DNA of 64,000 nt from Methylococcaceae bacterium (GTDB taxonomy: Bacteria; Pseudomonadota; Gammaproteobacteria; Methylococcales; Methylomonadaceae). Numbering within the stretch: the first letter of the stretch is position 1; each line of letters opens with the position of its first letter. Positions 29,079-37,992 of this stretch are shown here, one piece after another. The notes beneath the pieces are model-generated. The model was not told the origin of the DNA, did no database searches, and was given only the letters and a program-made list of their open reading frames with translations. The stretch lies in contig SPJM01000340.1 of NCBI GenBank assembly GCA_006844585.1, positions 4,044-68,043 on the forward strand. The letters run 5' to 3'. The position numbers and the translations under genes are program-made.

Positions 29079-29384
29079 TTAAGCCATAGTAAATAACTTA
29101 TTAAAGTTTGCAATTTCGAGAATTTTTTTCACTTCCGGCTTTGCATTCTTGATACTGACGGAACTTCTTTGCTGACCAACTTTATCTCTTAAGACTAATA
29201 ACATTCCTAAAGCCGAGCTGTCCAGATAATCAGTACGACTTAAATCCACTTCAATTTCTTTTATATTCGGCCCAATGCTATTGGTTGCATCGCGAAACTG
29301 TTGATGCAATCCGAAATCAAAACGACCGCTGACGGTAATAAAAAACTTGCCGGCTACCGCATCCGTTTTTGTTTCTACACTCAT
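29079..29384 (-). CDS. STAS domain protein (anti-sigma-factor antagonist type)
   Basis: GRFDF...VDLSRTDYLDSSALGMLLVL with the phosphorylatable Ser. Confidence 0.92.
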   Translation of the reverse strand: MSVETKTDAVAGKFFITVSGRFDFGLHQQFRDATNSIGPNIKEIEVDLSRTDYLDSSALGMLLVLRDKVGQQRSSVSIKNAKPEVKKILEIANFNKLFTMA

Positions 29385-29402
29385 AACTATTTTCCTAAAT
29401 AA

Positions 29403-30599
29403 CTAAAATAAATCGACTTCACCCTCTTCCATGGATGACTGTGACACTGCTTTGTTCTCTCGATCCAGCCACTGTTTACGCATGTCCTGTAATCTTTCTT
29501 GACCTTGTTGTAATTCAGTCAACCAATTGTCGGAATCAGTTGTCTTAAAAACGCCTAATCCGATTCGCGCTTCGTCTCCCAGCGCTTTAAAATGACGGGT
29601 GCTGGAAGACAAGTATTCAACAATTTGTCTAGCCATATCTTCAAATTGCAAACCTCTGACGGCGCTATTCACGCTACTGTCTATTCGCTTGGTAATTGAT
29701 GAAACTTGATTCAGCTTTTCAGCGACAGCCTCATTCATCAATGAAATATCCGCCATCATTTTATCCAAATTGGCCTTTGAATTAATAGACACCGTCATAT
29801 CTTTTGACGCCATCCCCTGAATCATTGATTGCGCCTCACGAATATTATTTTTCGAAGCAGTCACCACTTGACGTATTTCCTCGCTGAATTTATCGGAATT
29901 TTTTGATAGACTGCGCACTTCATCAGCAACAACCGCAAAACCTCTACCCGCCTCACCGGCTCTGGCCGCCTCAATCGCCGCATTTAACGCCAATAGATTA
30001 GTTTGGTCGGCAATTCCCTGTACATCGCCTAGCAACTTTTCAACTTGGCACATATGGTCATCTACATCTTGTATAACAGCGACCATTTCCATACTTTGTT
30101 TGCTGATTTGCAAAATATGTTCGACAAAAAATTGTAAAACGTGATCCGTTTCAGCAGCAAAGCTGCTGAAATTGAGTCGCTCGCTATCCTGCTCTTCTTG
30201 ATCTAAATCGGACAATAAACCATAGACTAACTGGGTTTGCGAAGACGTTAAGGCATGCAAACCGCTAAAACTATCCGACATGGTCACCACCGCGTCGGCA
30301 AACACAGCTTTCAACTGGCTCAATTCATACTGAAAATTATCCACTTCCTGTTCAATGCATTCTTCCAAGGTGCAAACATAGTTTTCCAACATTGCATTGA
30401 TCTGTTCCTGTCTTTGAGCAGCATTGTCATCATCTTTCGGTTCCGGACGGTCTACATACAGCAATTGCATGACCCAAGCCAGCGCGATTATCGGCATGGC
30501 TATCCAAAAAACCATACTCACAGGAAAAAAAGCAGCCGCCGAAACTATGCTCGTTATCAATAATAAAGGCAGCTGAATTTTTTTAATTATCTCAAGCAT
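29403..30599 (-). CDS. Methyl-accepting chemotaxis protein with a minimal N-terminal TM hairpin
   Basis: [34 protein letters not shown]; two N-terminal hydrophobic helices and no periplasmic sensor; LQFEDMARQ tail. Confidence 0.92.
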   Translation of the reverse strand: MLEIIKKIQLPLLLITSIVSAAAFFPVSMVFWIAMPIIALAWVMQLLYVDRPEPKDDDNAAQRQEQINAMLENYVCTLEECIEQEVDNFQYELSQLKAVFADAVVTMSDSFSGLHALTSSQTQLVYGLLSDLDQEEQDSERLNFSSFAAETDHVLQFFVEHILQISKQSMEMVAVIQDVDDHMCQVEKLLGDVQGIADQTNLLALNAAIEAARAGEAGRGFAVVADEVRSLSKNSDKFSEEIRQVVTASKNNIREAQSMIQGMASKDMTVSINSKANLDKMMADISLMNEAVAEKLNQVSSITKRIDSSVNSAVRGLQFEDMARQIVEYLSSSTRHFKALGDEARIGLGVFKTTDSDNWLTELQQGQERLQDMRKQWLDRENKAVSQSSMEEGEVDLF

Positions 30600-30606
30600 A
30601 AATAAA

Positions 30607-31698
30607 TCATTGATTCAATGCCAATACCTGTTCGGCAATTTTCCCCAAATCCAAAACATGATCAGCTGCGCCGAGTTTATAAGCTTCGCCCGGCATTCCC
30701 CATACCACGCTACTGGCCTCATCCTGGACTATATTTACAGCGCCGGCGTCATGCATTTCTTTCATCCCTTGCGCGCCATCCGCCCCCATTCCGGTTAACA
30801 TAATGCCTATTGCATTACTGCCGACATTTTGCGCCACAGACCTAAACATCACATCAACCGAAGGTTTGTGGCGATTCACCGGCGGCCCGTCATTCAATTT
30901 ACAAATATAGCGGGCGCCGTCCCTTTCTACCAGTAAATGTTTATCCCCCGGCGCAATATAAATATTACCGGGTAAAATTTGTTGTCCGTCAACAGCTAAA
31001 ACAGCCTCCATTTCGGTGGCGTCATTCACATGTTTAGCAAATGATTGACTAAAAGCCGCCGGCAAATGTTGCGAAATCACAATAGCGGGACTCCCCGTCG
31101 GCAAATCTTTCACAAAAGCTTTAAAGGCCTCGGTTCCGCCGGTTGAAGAACCGACTGCAATAATTTTATCGGTCGTTGAAAAATGTTTTTTAACCGGAGA
31201 AGCTTGAATCACCACATCCGCAGAATGCTTACCCTGGCCGGCAGCTGATTTAACTGCGGATGAAACGGGTTTAGCCTTACCTTCATAGACTTTGACTTCA
31301 GCATTTGCGGCCATGATGACCTTGGCGATAATTTCTTCTGCATAGTCATTTAATGTATTGGAAACATCGATTGTTGGTTTGGCGACAAAATCAATCGCGC
31401 CTATTTCCAAAGCCTCCAAGGTAATTTCAGCGCCTTTTTCCGTCAACGTCGAAATCATCACTACCGGCATCGGCCGCAAGCGCATTAAATTTCTTAAAAA
31501 AGTCACTCCATCCATACGCGGCATTTCCACATCCAAGGTAATTACATCCGGATGTAATTGCTTGATTTTATTGCGAGCAATTATTGGATCCGCTGCAGTT
31601 CCTATGACCTCTAATTGCGCAGAAGCACTGAAAATTTCAGTCAGCATTTTTCTAATCAGAGCCGAATCATCTACGATAAGCACTTTGATTTTTTTCAT
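30607..31698 (-). CDS. cheB: Chemotaxis methylesterase CheB
   Basis: REC domain plus GSSTGG, QHLP, GMGADG motifs. Confidence 0.97.
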   Translation of the reverse strand: MKKIKVLIVDDSALIRKMLTEIFSASAQLEVIGTAADPIIARNKIKQLHPDVITLDVEMPRMDGVTFLRNLMRLRPMPVVMISTLTEKGAEITLEALEIGAIDFVAKPTIDVSNTLNDYAEEIIAKVIMAANAEVKVYEGKAKPVSSAVKSAAGQGKHSADVVIQASPVKKHFSTTDKIIAVGSSTGGTEAFKAFVKDLPTGSPAIVISQHLPAAFSQSFAKHVNDATEMEAVLAVDGQQILPGNIYIAPGDKHLLVERDGARYICKLNDGPPVNRHKPSVDVMFRSVAQNVGSNAIGIMLTGMGADGAQGMKEMHDAGAVNIVQDEASSVVWGMPGEAYKLGAADHVLDLGKIAEQVLALNQ

Positions 31699-31707
31699 TA
31701 TTTAACC

Positions 31708-32340
31708 CTAAAATAATTCCACATCGCCTTCAACAGGCGCATCTTTAATACTCGATCTGTACTGAGTCTCTCTGATCACGATCGTTTCATTATGAAGATC
31801 TTTGATTTTCTTCATTTGAACCCGACCGGTAGCCGGATAATAATTTACTTTTCGCGGGTATATGTCCCCTAAATCATGAGAAACCAATTTTAAAGCTTCG
31901 GTATCCACATATTCCAATACAAAATCGACATTTCTTTTACCCACATCGCCCATTGACGGAATTATCTTTCCACCTCCAAACAATTTCACCTCAATATTTT
32001 TTCGTTTACCGCCATTATGCAAAATATCGTTTATTAAATGTTCCATCGCATAATTTCCGTAACGGGTGGCGTTCCCCACAACCGCTTCCGCACCCGCCGA
32101 CAATCTATGTTCAGTGGTCTCGGGCAACATAAAATGATTCATTCCGCCAATACCTAGAACTGAATCGCGTATACAAGCGGCAATACAAGAACCCAAAACC
32201 GTTGTTACTAACTCATTTTCTTTGGTGACATAATATTCGCCCGGCAACAGCTTGGCGGCGATAAAATTATGTTTTCCATCCCAATATCGTCTGATGTGTT
32301 CGAAACCCTCAAGCGGAGGGCCTGGCATTTCCCTGTTCAA
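31708..32340 (-). CDS. cheD: Chemoreceptor glutamine deamidase CheD
   Basis: TTVLGSCIAAC, GGMNHFMLP, KLFGGG. Confidence 0.96.
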   Translation of the reverse strand: MNREMPGPPLEGFEHIRRYWDGKHNFIAAKLLPGEYYVTKENELVTTVLGSCIAACIRDSVLGIGGMNHFMLPETTEHRLSAGAEAVVGNATRYGNYAMEHLINDILHNGGKRKNIEVKLFGGGKIIPSMGDVGKRNVDFVLEYVDTEALKLVSHDLGDIYPRKVNYYPATGRVQMKKIKDLHNETIVIRETQYRSSIKDAPVEGDVELF

Positions 32341-32351
32341 AACGAATCCCC

Positions 32352-33182
32352 CTAGACTTTTTTGTAAATTGTGTTTCCTATCAGTTTCAAACCGGTATCC
32401 AGTTGATGTAACGATTCTGAATGCCCAATAAATAAATGAGTCCCAGCAGGTAATAATTGACTATATCGGTTTGCTAAAGACTCTTTAGTCACTCTGTCGA
32501 AATAAATTAAAACATTACGACAAAAAATAAAATCGAATGGACCTTTTAACGGCCAATCCTGCATTAAATTTAGCTGCTTGAAGTGTATTTTTTCCTGTAA
32601 TTCTCTATTGACTTTGGCCTTGCTCGCATTAAGGCCCTTCCCTTTTTTAAACCATTTTTTTAAATGATTATCCGTTAAACCGGTTAATTGATCTTTAGTA
32701 TAAATACCGTTGGAAGCGGTTTGCAACACATTGGTATCCAAATCGGTTGCTAAAATCTTGATCTCCCAGTCATAAGGCACATTTTCGAGCAAGGTCATTG
32801 CGATAGAATAAGGTTCTTGCCCTGTAGAACAACCGGCAGACCACACTTTAATCTGTTTGCTTGTCCTGTTATGATCCAATAATTGCGGAATCACCGTGTC
32901 TTTTAAATATTCAAAATGATGATTTTCCCGAAAAAACGAGGTTAGATTGGTCGTGACGGCATTAATAAACTCAGTAAACTCCAGATCCGGGTTGTCCCTT
33001 AAAAACTGACAATATTCTTTAAAGTTTTTCAATCCAAACATCCTAACCCGTTTAGATAACCGCGAATAAAACATATCAAACTTATCGTCAGGAACCAAAA
33101 TACCGGAATGTTCATTGGAAATTTTCCTCAGCTCATTGAAATCATCCCAAGTAAATTCAAACTCTCGTTTCTTTTCAATCAC
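32352..33182 (-). CDS. cheR: Chemotaxis methyltransferase CheR
   Basis: TTNLTSFFRENHHF, WSAGCSTGQEPYS, CRNVLIYF. Confidence 0.97.
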   Translation of the reverse strand: MIEKKREFEFTWDDFNELRKISNEHSGILVPDDKFDMFYSRLSKRVRMFGLKNFKEYCQFLRDNPDLEFTEFINAVTTNLTSFFRENHHFEYLKDTVIPQLLDHNRTSKQIKVWSAGCSTGQEPYSIAMTLLENVPYDWEIKILATDLDTNVLQTASNGIYTKDQLTGLTDNHLKKWFKKGKGLNASKAKVNRELQEKIHFKQLNLMQDWPLKGPFDFIFCRNVLIYFDRVTKESLANRYSQLLPAGTHLFIGHSESLHQLDTGLKLIGNTIYKKV

Positions 33183-33211
33183 CGTTGTTAATCCCTGTTA
33201 AATGTTTATTG

Positions 33212-33712
33212 CTAACGAAAAAACCCCGCCCCGCCGGCAGATTCCAATTCCAACATAGCGGAAAGACCTAATAAGTCAGCCGCCTCAATAAAGCGCTCCG
33301 AAGGAAAATCAAAAGACACTTGTTTATGTTCATGAATCGCCGATTGTTTCAACACGATCAACAACTGCATAGTAGCGGTATCAATAGAAGTCACATCAGA
33401 GGCATCAATTTCAATTTTATCCGTTTTCTCAAAAAGAGTAGATAAATCTTGATGTAATTCAGTAACGTTTTGTATATTCTGTACCGCTTTCAACATTAAA
33501 GGCGCCGCTTTTTCTTCAGCATTTTGCGCAGCGATCCCTTCTTGCGGCTTTTCATGTTCCGAATCCTCACTTACCGCCTCCATCTTCTCCGCAACATCAT
33601 CAACTGTTTGTTCATTTTTTAATGATGTCGATTGCTGTTGCCCGCCGCCGTCTTCATCCATCCATGCCAAAGGATCAACCCCAATCAAATTATTCTCTTG
33701 TTTTTCGGCCAT
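33212..33712 (-). CDS. STAS-domain protein with an N-terminal DPLAW peptide and acidic linker
   Basis: C-terminal IDASDVTSIDTATMQLL STAS; N-terminal NLIGVDPLAWM; TAATG overlap with parA. Confidence 0.75.
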   Translation of the reverse strand: MAEKQENNLIGVDPLAWMDEDGGGQQQSTSLKNEQTVDDVAEKMEAVSEDSEHEKPQEGIAAQNAEEKAAPLMLKAVQNIQNVTELHQDLSTLFEKTDKIEIDASDVTSIDTATMQLLIVLKQSAIHEHKQVSFDFPSERFIEAADLLGLSAMLELESAGGAGFFR

Positions 33713-34476
33713 TACATCACCTTACCTTCAATAAAGTCTCTCGCCAATTGCCTAAAATCTCTCGCCGACCGGCTTCCGGGCTTATACTCCAAAACCGATT
33801 TGCCTATACCCGGGCATTCAGCCAATAAAGCCGCTTCCCGTATAACAGTGGGTAAGATCTGATTCGGAAAATGCTTCATTAATATCGCCAATACTTCTTT
33901 AGAAATTCTGCGAGTCGTATTAAATCGAGACAAAACCAATAATTTTTGATATTGCTTCTGCAAAGCTATTTCAAATTTCTTGATCGTCGCCATCATATGC
34001 GACAACCCTTGCAAAGATAAATAATCGCCGGTCATGGGTATCAAAATTTCGTCGGTGGCGAACAAGGCGTTGGCGACTAATACCCCGGATGATGGCGGAC
34101 AATCAATAAACACAAAATCTTGATCATCAAATTGTCCATCGAAAGCTTGACGTAATAAATCGCCTCGTTTCGCACCGCCATCCGATAACTGTTCAATTTC
34201 CTGTAAACGCCGCCCGGAAACGACCAACTGTAAGTTATCTTTAATAGAAAGCAGGCAATTTTCCACACTTTCCTCACCCAACATCACCGCATCAATGCCT
34301 TTAAGCTGCTTAACTGCCGGAATTCCTAAAGAAACGCCCAAATGTCCTTGGGGGTCCAGGTCAATCACCGTTACTTTAAAACCCATATCCGCCAAAGCAT
34401 AAGCAAGGTTGGCCGATGTCGTCGTTTTGCCAACGCCTCCCTTCTGATTCAACACTGCAACGACTCTCAAAGCCAC
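33712..34476 (-). CDS. ParA-family ATPase within the chemotaxis operon (ParC/PpfA-like)
   Basis: Deviant Walker A NQKGGVGKTT, IDLDPQG, IDCPP. Confidence 0.93.
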   Translation of the reverse strand: MALRVVAVLNQKGGVGKTTTSANLAYALADMGFKVTVIDLDPQGHLGVSLGIPAVKQLKGIDAVMLGEESVENCLLSIKDNLQLVVSGRRLQEIEQLSDGGAKRGDLLRQAFDGQFDDQDFVFIDCPPSSGVLVANALFATDEILIPMTGDYLSLQGLSHMMATIKKFEIALQKQYQKLLVLSRFNTTRRISKEVLAILMKHFPNQILPTVIREAALLAECPGIGKSVLEYKPGSRSARDFRQLARDFIEGKVM

Positions 34477-34477
34477 A

Positions 34478-34963
34478 TCAAAATCCTTCTAAACCTTCAA
34501 ACTCATTCGGATCCAATAATTTATCCACATTTAACAACATTACCAATTTTTCGCCGGTGACATACATACCGCGCATATAGCGGGTATCAATTTTCGATCC
34601 TAAATTCGGCGAGTCTTTTATCTCGTTTAACTTAATATCCAACACATCTGAAACCGCATCCGCCACAATGCCCATCACATGCTTACCGCTTTCATTTTCA
34701 ACGCACAACACAATTACCACAGTCACTGGTGAATAATCCGTTTTTGTCATATTAAAGCGTTCCCGCAAATCGACTATGGGTACAATCGCCCCGCGTAAGT
34801 TTAATGCGCCTTTAATATAATCCGGCGTATTCGGAATATCTCTAACCGGCTCCCAACCTCTAATCTCCTGCACTTTTAAGATTTCTAATCCATATACCTC
34901 ACTTTCCAATTCAAAAGTCAGGAATTGTTCAACGCTTCCTGTTGTAACGGTTTCGTTAGTCAT
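34478..34963 (-). CDS. cheW: CheW coupling protein
   Basis: QFLTF...VQEIRGW...GALNLRGAIVPIVDLR; likely start ATG 34963. Confidence 0.95.
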   Translation of the reverse strand: MTNETVTTGSVEQFLTFELESEVYGLEILKVQEIRGWEPVRDIPNTPDYIKGALNLRGAIVPIVDLRERFNMTKTDYSPVTVVIVLCVENESGKHVMGIVADAVSDVLDIKLNEIKDSPNLGSKIDTRYMRGMYVTGEKLVMLLNVDKLLDPNEFEGLEGF

Positions 34964-35003
34964 AATGTTACCTACTGAGATTCCAGTGATACCCTGTCGA
35001 CAT

Positions 35004-37367
35004 TTAAAACTCCTCCCATTCGTCGTCATGGGATGAGCTGAAGTCGTTGCTCATACTCGCGCCTGTTTGACCACTCGCTTTAGCCTCAGCCACTCTTTCT
35101 ACAACACCGCCGCTGCTCGCAGCAGGCGCATTCACTGGAGAAGCCGTCGGCGCTGAAGCCATCTGACCACCTCCGGAGGCTACTTTAAAAAACGCCAGTA
35201 ATTGAGCCATATTATTAGTCTGGTCGCTCATTGAAACGCTGGCGGCAGATGCTTGCTCCGCTAACGCCGCATTTTGTTGGGTGATCTCATCCATTTGCGC
35301 AACCGCCTGATTGACCTGACCTATCCCCGCCGATTGCTCGGCGCTGGCGGCGGCAATTTCAGCCACAATATCGCCGACTTTTTTTACGCCGCTCACAATT
35401 TGATCTAAAGATTGCCCGGTTTCATTAACAAATTCGGTGCCGGTTCTCACTTTCTGCACGCTATTTTGAATCAATTCTTTACTTTCTCTGGCGGCTGTTG
35501 CGCTACGTTGCGCCAAATTCCTCACTTCGGTCGCTACGACTGAAAAACCGCGACCTTGCTCGCCTGCTCTTGCCGCCTCCACCGAAGCGTTCAATGCCAA
35601 CAAATTAGTTTGGAAAGCAATTTCATCAATCACACCGATTATATCGGCGATTTTATTACTGCTTTCATTGATTTCCTGCATTGCTGAGACCGCCGAATTC
35701 ACCACGCCGCCGCCTTGTTCAGCCAGGTCTCTGGCGTCATTGGCTAAACGATTCGCTTGTTGAGCATTGTCTGAGTTATTTTTTACCGTGCTGGTCAATT
35801 GTTCCATGCTGGATGCGGTTTGTTCCAGATTCGCCGCCTGTTGTTCGGCGCGTTGCGACAAGTTATTATTGCCGCTGGCGATTTCCTGAGAAGAGTTATT
35901 GATAAAATTCGATGCCTCTAAAACTTGAATGAACACACTACTCAATTTATTTAAACTGGTATTAATATCTTCTTTACAAGTCGCAAATGTTCCTTGATAG
36001 TTTTTGTTAATTTCTCGAGTCAAATCACCTTCAGCGACTCCGCTCATCACATAAGCAATTTCATTAATCACTTGTTCAACCACATCAGCCAAATCATTAA
36101 TGCCATTGCTCAAGACCGCGAAAAAGCCTTCCTTGTCCGCCATATCGATGCGGCTACTCAATTCGCCCGCTTTAACTTGATTGACAATATTATCGATTTC
36201 GTTCTGAACCCTCACTTCATTAGTTCTATCGATCCATTCAACAGCAGTGCCCAAACGCACATCCCCATCAATAACCGGCGTCGCAATCACTTTCATATGG
36301 CGTCCGCCTATCAGCATTTCCGCTTCCAGAGTCTGCTTTAGATTATCCAACATCGAACGTTGATGAGCCGGATTTTTATGGAAAATATCGATATTTGTAC
36401 CTATTAAAGTATCAGCGTTAAATTCCGGCAAATCTTTTCTAAAGTCTTGCTCATTTCTTTTAAACAGCTTTTTTGCAGACTCATTCATATAGATGATGTC
36501 ATAATTGGCATCAGCCATCATAACATTGCCGGTAACCTGATCCAGCGCTTGTTTAACGCGACTGGAGGCGTTAGCGGTTTCCTTGCTAAACGCCAAATCG
36601 GAATTTAATTTAACCTGCATAGCATATAGAGATCGCTTAAAATCGCCGATTTGATCCAACCTGTTCAAATCAAATTTGTTACGGTAATAACCACCGGCCA
36701 ATGCATAAGAAATACCAATGGTTGTTTCCAAAGTATCGTCAAATAGTTTAATAAGTCTATAACCCATCCAGGATGCAGCCAATGTCAACAAAGCAACGCC
36801 GCCTAATATCGGATAATTTTGCTGTTGAAAAAGCTGATACATGAAGAAAAAGGCGGGAATTAAAAAGCCTATAGCAATTGCTAAGCTTTTTTTCTTAACG
36901 CTCATTTCACTCAACCGTTTCATCAACAACGCCAATCCTTTAGGCCGCATTTCCACTTCTTTAGCGTTTAATTTAGCGTATAAGTCTTCAGCTTGTCGTA
37001 TTTGTTCGCGACTGGGCGCATAACGCGCAGACAAATATTCGGAAATTTTTCCATCTTCATAAACAGGAATAACATTGGCTTCCACCCAATAATAATCGCC
37101 GTTTTTGGTTCTATTTTTGACACACGCAGTCCACGGATCGCCTTTTTTTAAGGTTTTCCATAAATCTTCAAAAGCGGCTGGCGGCATATCCGGGTGTCGT
37201 ACTATATTATGGTTGGAACCAATCAACTCTTCCCGACTAAATCCGCTGATATCCACAAAGGCATCATTCGCATACGTAATAACTCCTTTTAAATTAGTTC
37301 GGGTAACCAAAATCGTCCCTTTTTTCATATGGACTTCAGTATCCGTAACGGGATGATTAATTTTCAT
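35004..37367 (-). CDS. Chemoreceptor with an N-terminal Aer-type FAD-PAS, two TMs, an Aer2-type heme-PAS, HAMP and MCP domain
   Basis: PAS1 VRHPDMP..AFEDLW...VKNR..GDYYWV; PAS2 NVMMAD...NIDIFHKNPAHQR...AVEWIDRT; [26 protein letters not shown]; C-terminal DEWEEF. Confidence 0.93.
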   Translation of the reverse strand: MKINHPVTDTEVHMKKGTILVTRTNLKGVITYANDAFVDISGFSREELIGSNHNIVRHPDMPPAAFEDLWKTLKKGDPWTACVKNRTKNGDYYWVEANVIPVYEDGKISEYLSARYAPSREQIRQAEDLYAKLNAKEVEMRPKGLALLMKRLSEMSVKKKSLAIAIGFLIPAFFFMYQLFQQQNYPILGGVALLTLAASWMGYRLIKLFDDTLETTIGISYALAGGYYRNKFDLNRLDQIGDFKRSLYAMQVKLNSDLAFSKETANASSRVKQALDQVTGNVMMADANYDIIYMNESAKKLFKRNEQDFRKDLPEFNADTLIGTNIDIFHKNPAHQRSMLDNLKQTLEAEMLIGGRHMKVIATPVIDGDVRLGTAVEWIDRTNEVRVQNEIDNIVNQVKAGELSSRIDMADKEGFFAVLSNGINDLADVVEQVINEIAYVMSGVAEGDLTREINKNYQGTFATCKEDINTSLNKLSSVFIQVLEASNFINNSSQEIASGNNNLSQRAEQQAANLEQTASSMEQLTSTVKNNSDNAQQANRLANDARDLAEQGGGVVNSAVSAMQEINESSNKIADIIGVIDEIAFQTNLLALNASVEAARAGEQGRGFSVVATEVRNLAQRSATAARESKELIQNSVQKVRTGTEFVNETGQSLDQIVSGVKKVGDIVAEIAAASAEQSAGIGQVNQAVAQMDEITQQNAALAEQASAASVSMSDQTNNMAQLLAFFKVASGGGQMASAPTASPVNAPAASSGGVVERVAEAKASGQTGASMSNDFSSSHDDEWEEF

Positions 37368-37461
37368 ATTTCTCTCCTAAGCAACCCACAAACGACTCTA
37401 TTCAGTTATTGCTTCAAATTAAATTCTTATTCCAAAGTTGAGTAAAACCCCAACCTAACAA

Positions 37462-37977
37462 TTAATGGTATTGATCCTGATGATCTTCATGCAGTTTTTC
37501 CAACTGTAATAATTTAGCGACATCCAATAACATCACCATCCGTTCATTCACGGAAACCAAACCATTGATAAACTCGGTGCTGACTTTAGCGCCGAAATTC
37601 GGCGCATTTTGAATTCGACTCAATTCCACATCAACAACATCGGAAACTGCGTCTACCACAACCCCCATAGTCCGATTAGTCGCCTCAACTTTCGCTTGTA
37701 AAATCACCACGACAGTCAAGGGGTTGTATTCTGCATGACCTAAACCGAACCGCTCTCGAAGATCAATAATAGGTACGATAGCGCCGCGCAAATTAACCAC
37801 GCCTTTTTCATATTTGGGCACATTCGGTATTCTGGATACCGGCTCCCAACTGCGAATTTCCTGAACCCTGAGAATATCAATACCATATTCTTCGTCGCCA
37901 AGGGAAAAGCTTAAAAACTGACTACTGTTATCCAGTTTTTTATCTTCCGTCTGTGTATTTGTAGTATCTTCAGCCAT
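37462..37977 (-). CDS. cheW: CheW coupling protein
   Basis: QFLSF...VQEIRSW...GVVNLRGAIVPIIDLR. Confidence 0.95.
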   Translation of the reverse strand: MAEDTTNTQTEDKKLDNSSQFLSFSLGDEEYGIDILRVQEIRSWEPVSRIPNVPKYEKGVVNLRGAIVPIIDLRERFGLGHAEYNPLTVVVILQAKVEATNRTMGVVVDAVSDVVDVELSRIQNAPNFGAKVSTEFINGLVSVNERMVMLLDVAKLLQLEKLHEDHQDQYH

Positions 37978-37992
37978 GTTAAACCTGATCTC

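Noticed and set aside
29079-29384. Complete partner-switching (STAS/anti-sigma/PP2C) module
   Set aside because: No anti-sigma kinase or phosphatase in the window; STAS genes in che operons are common.
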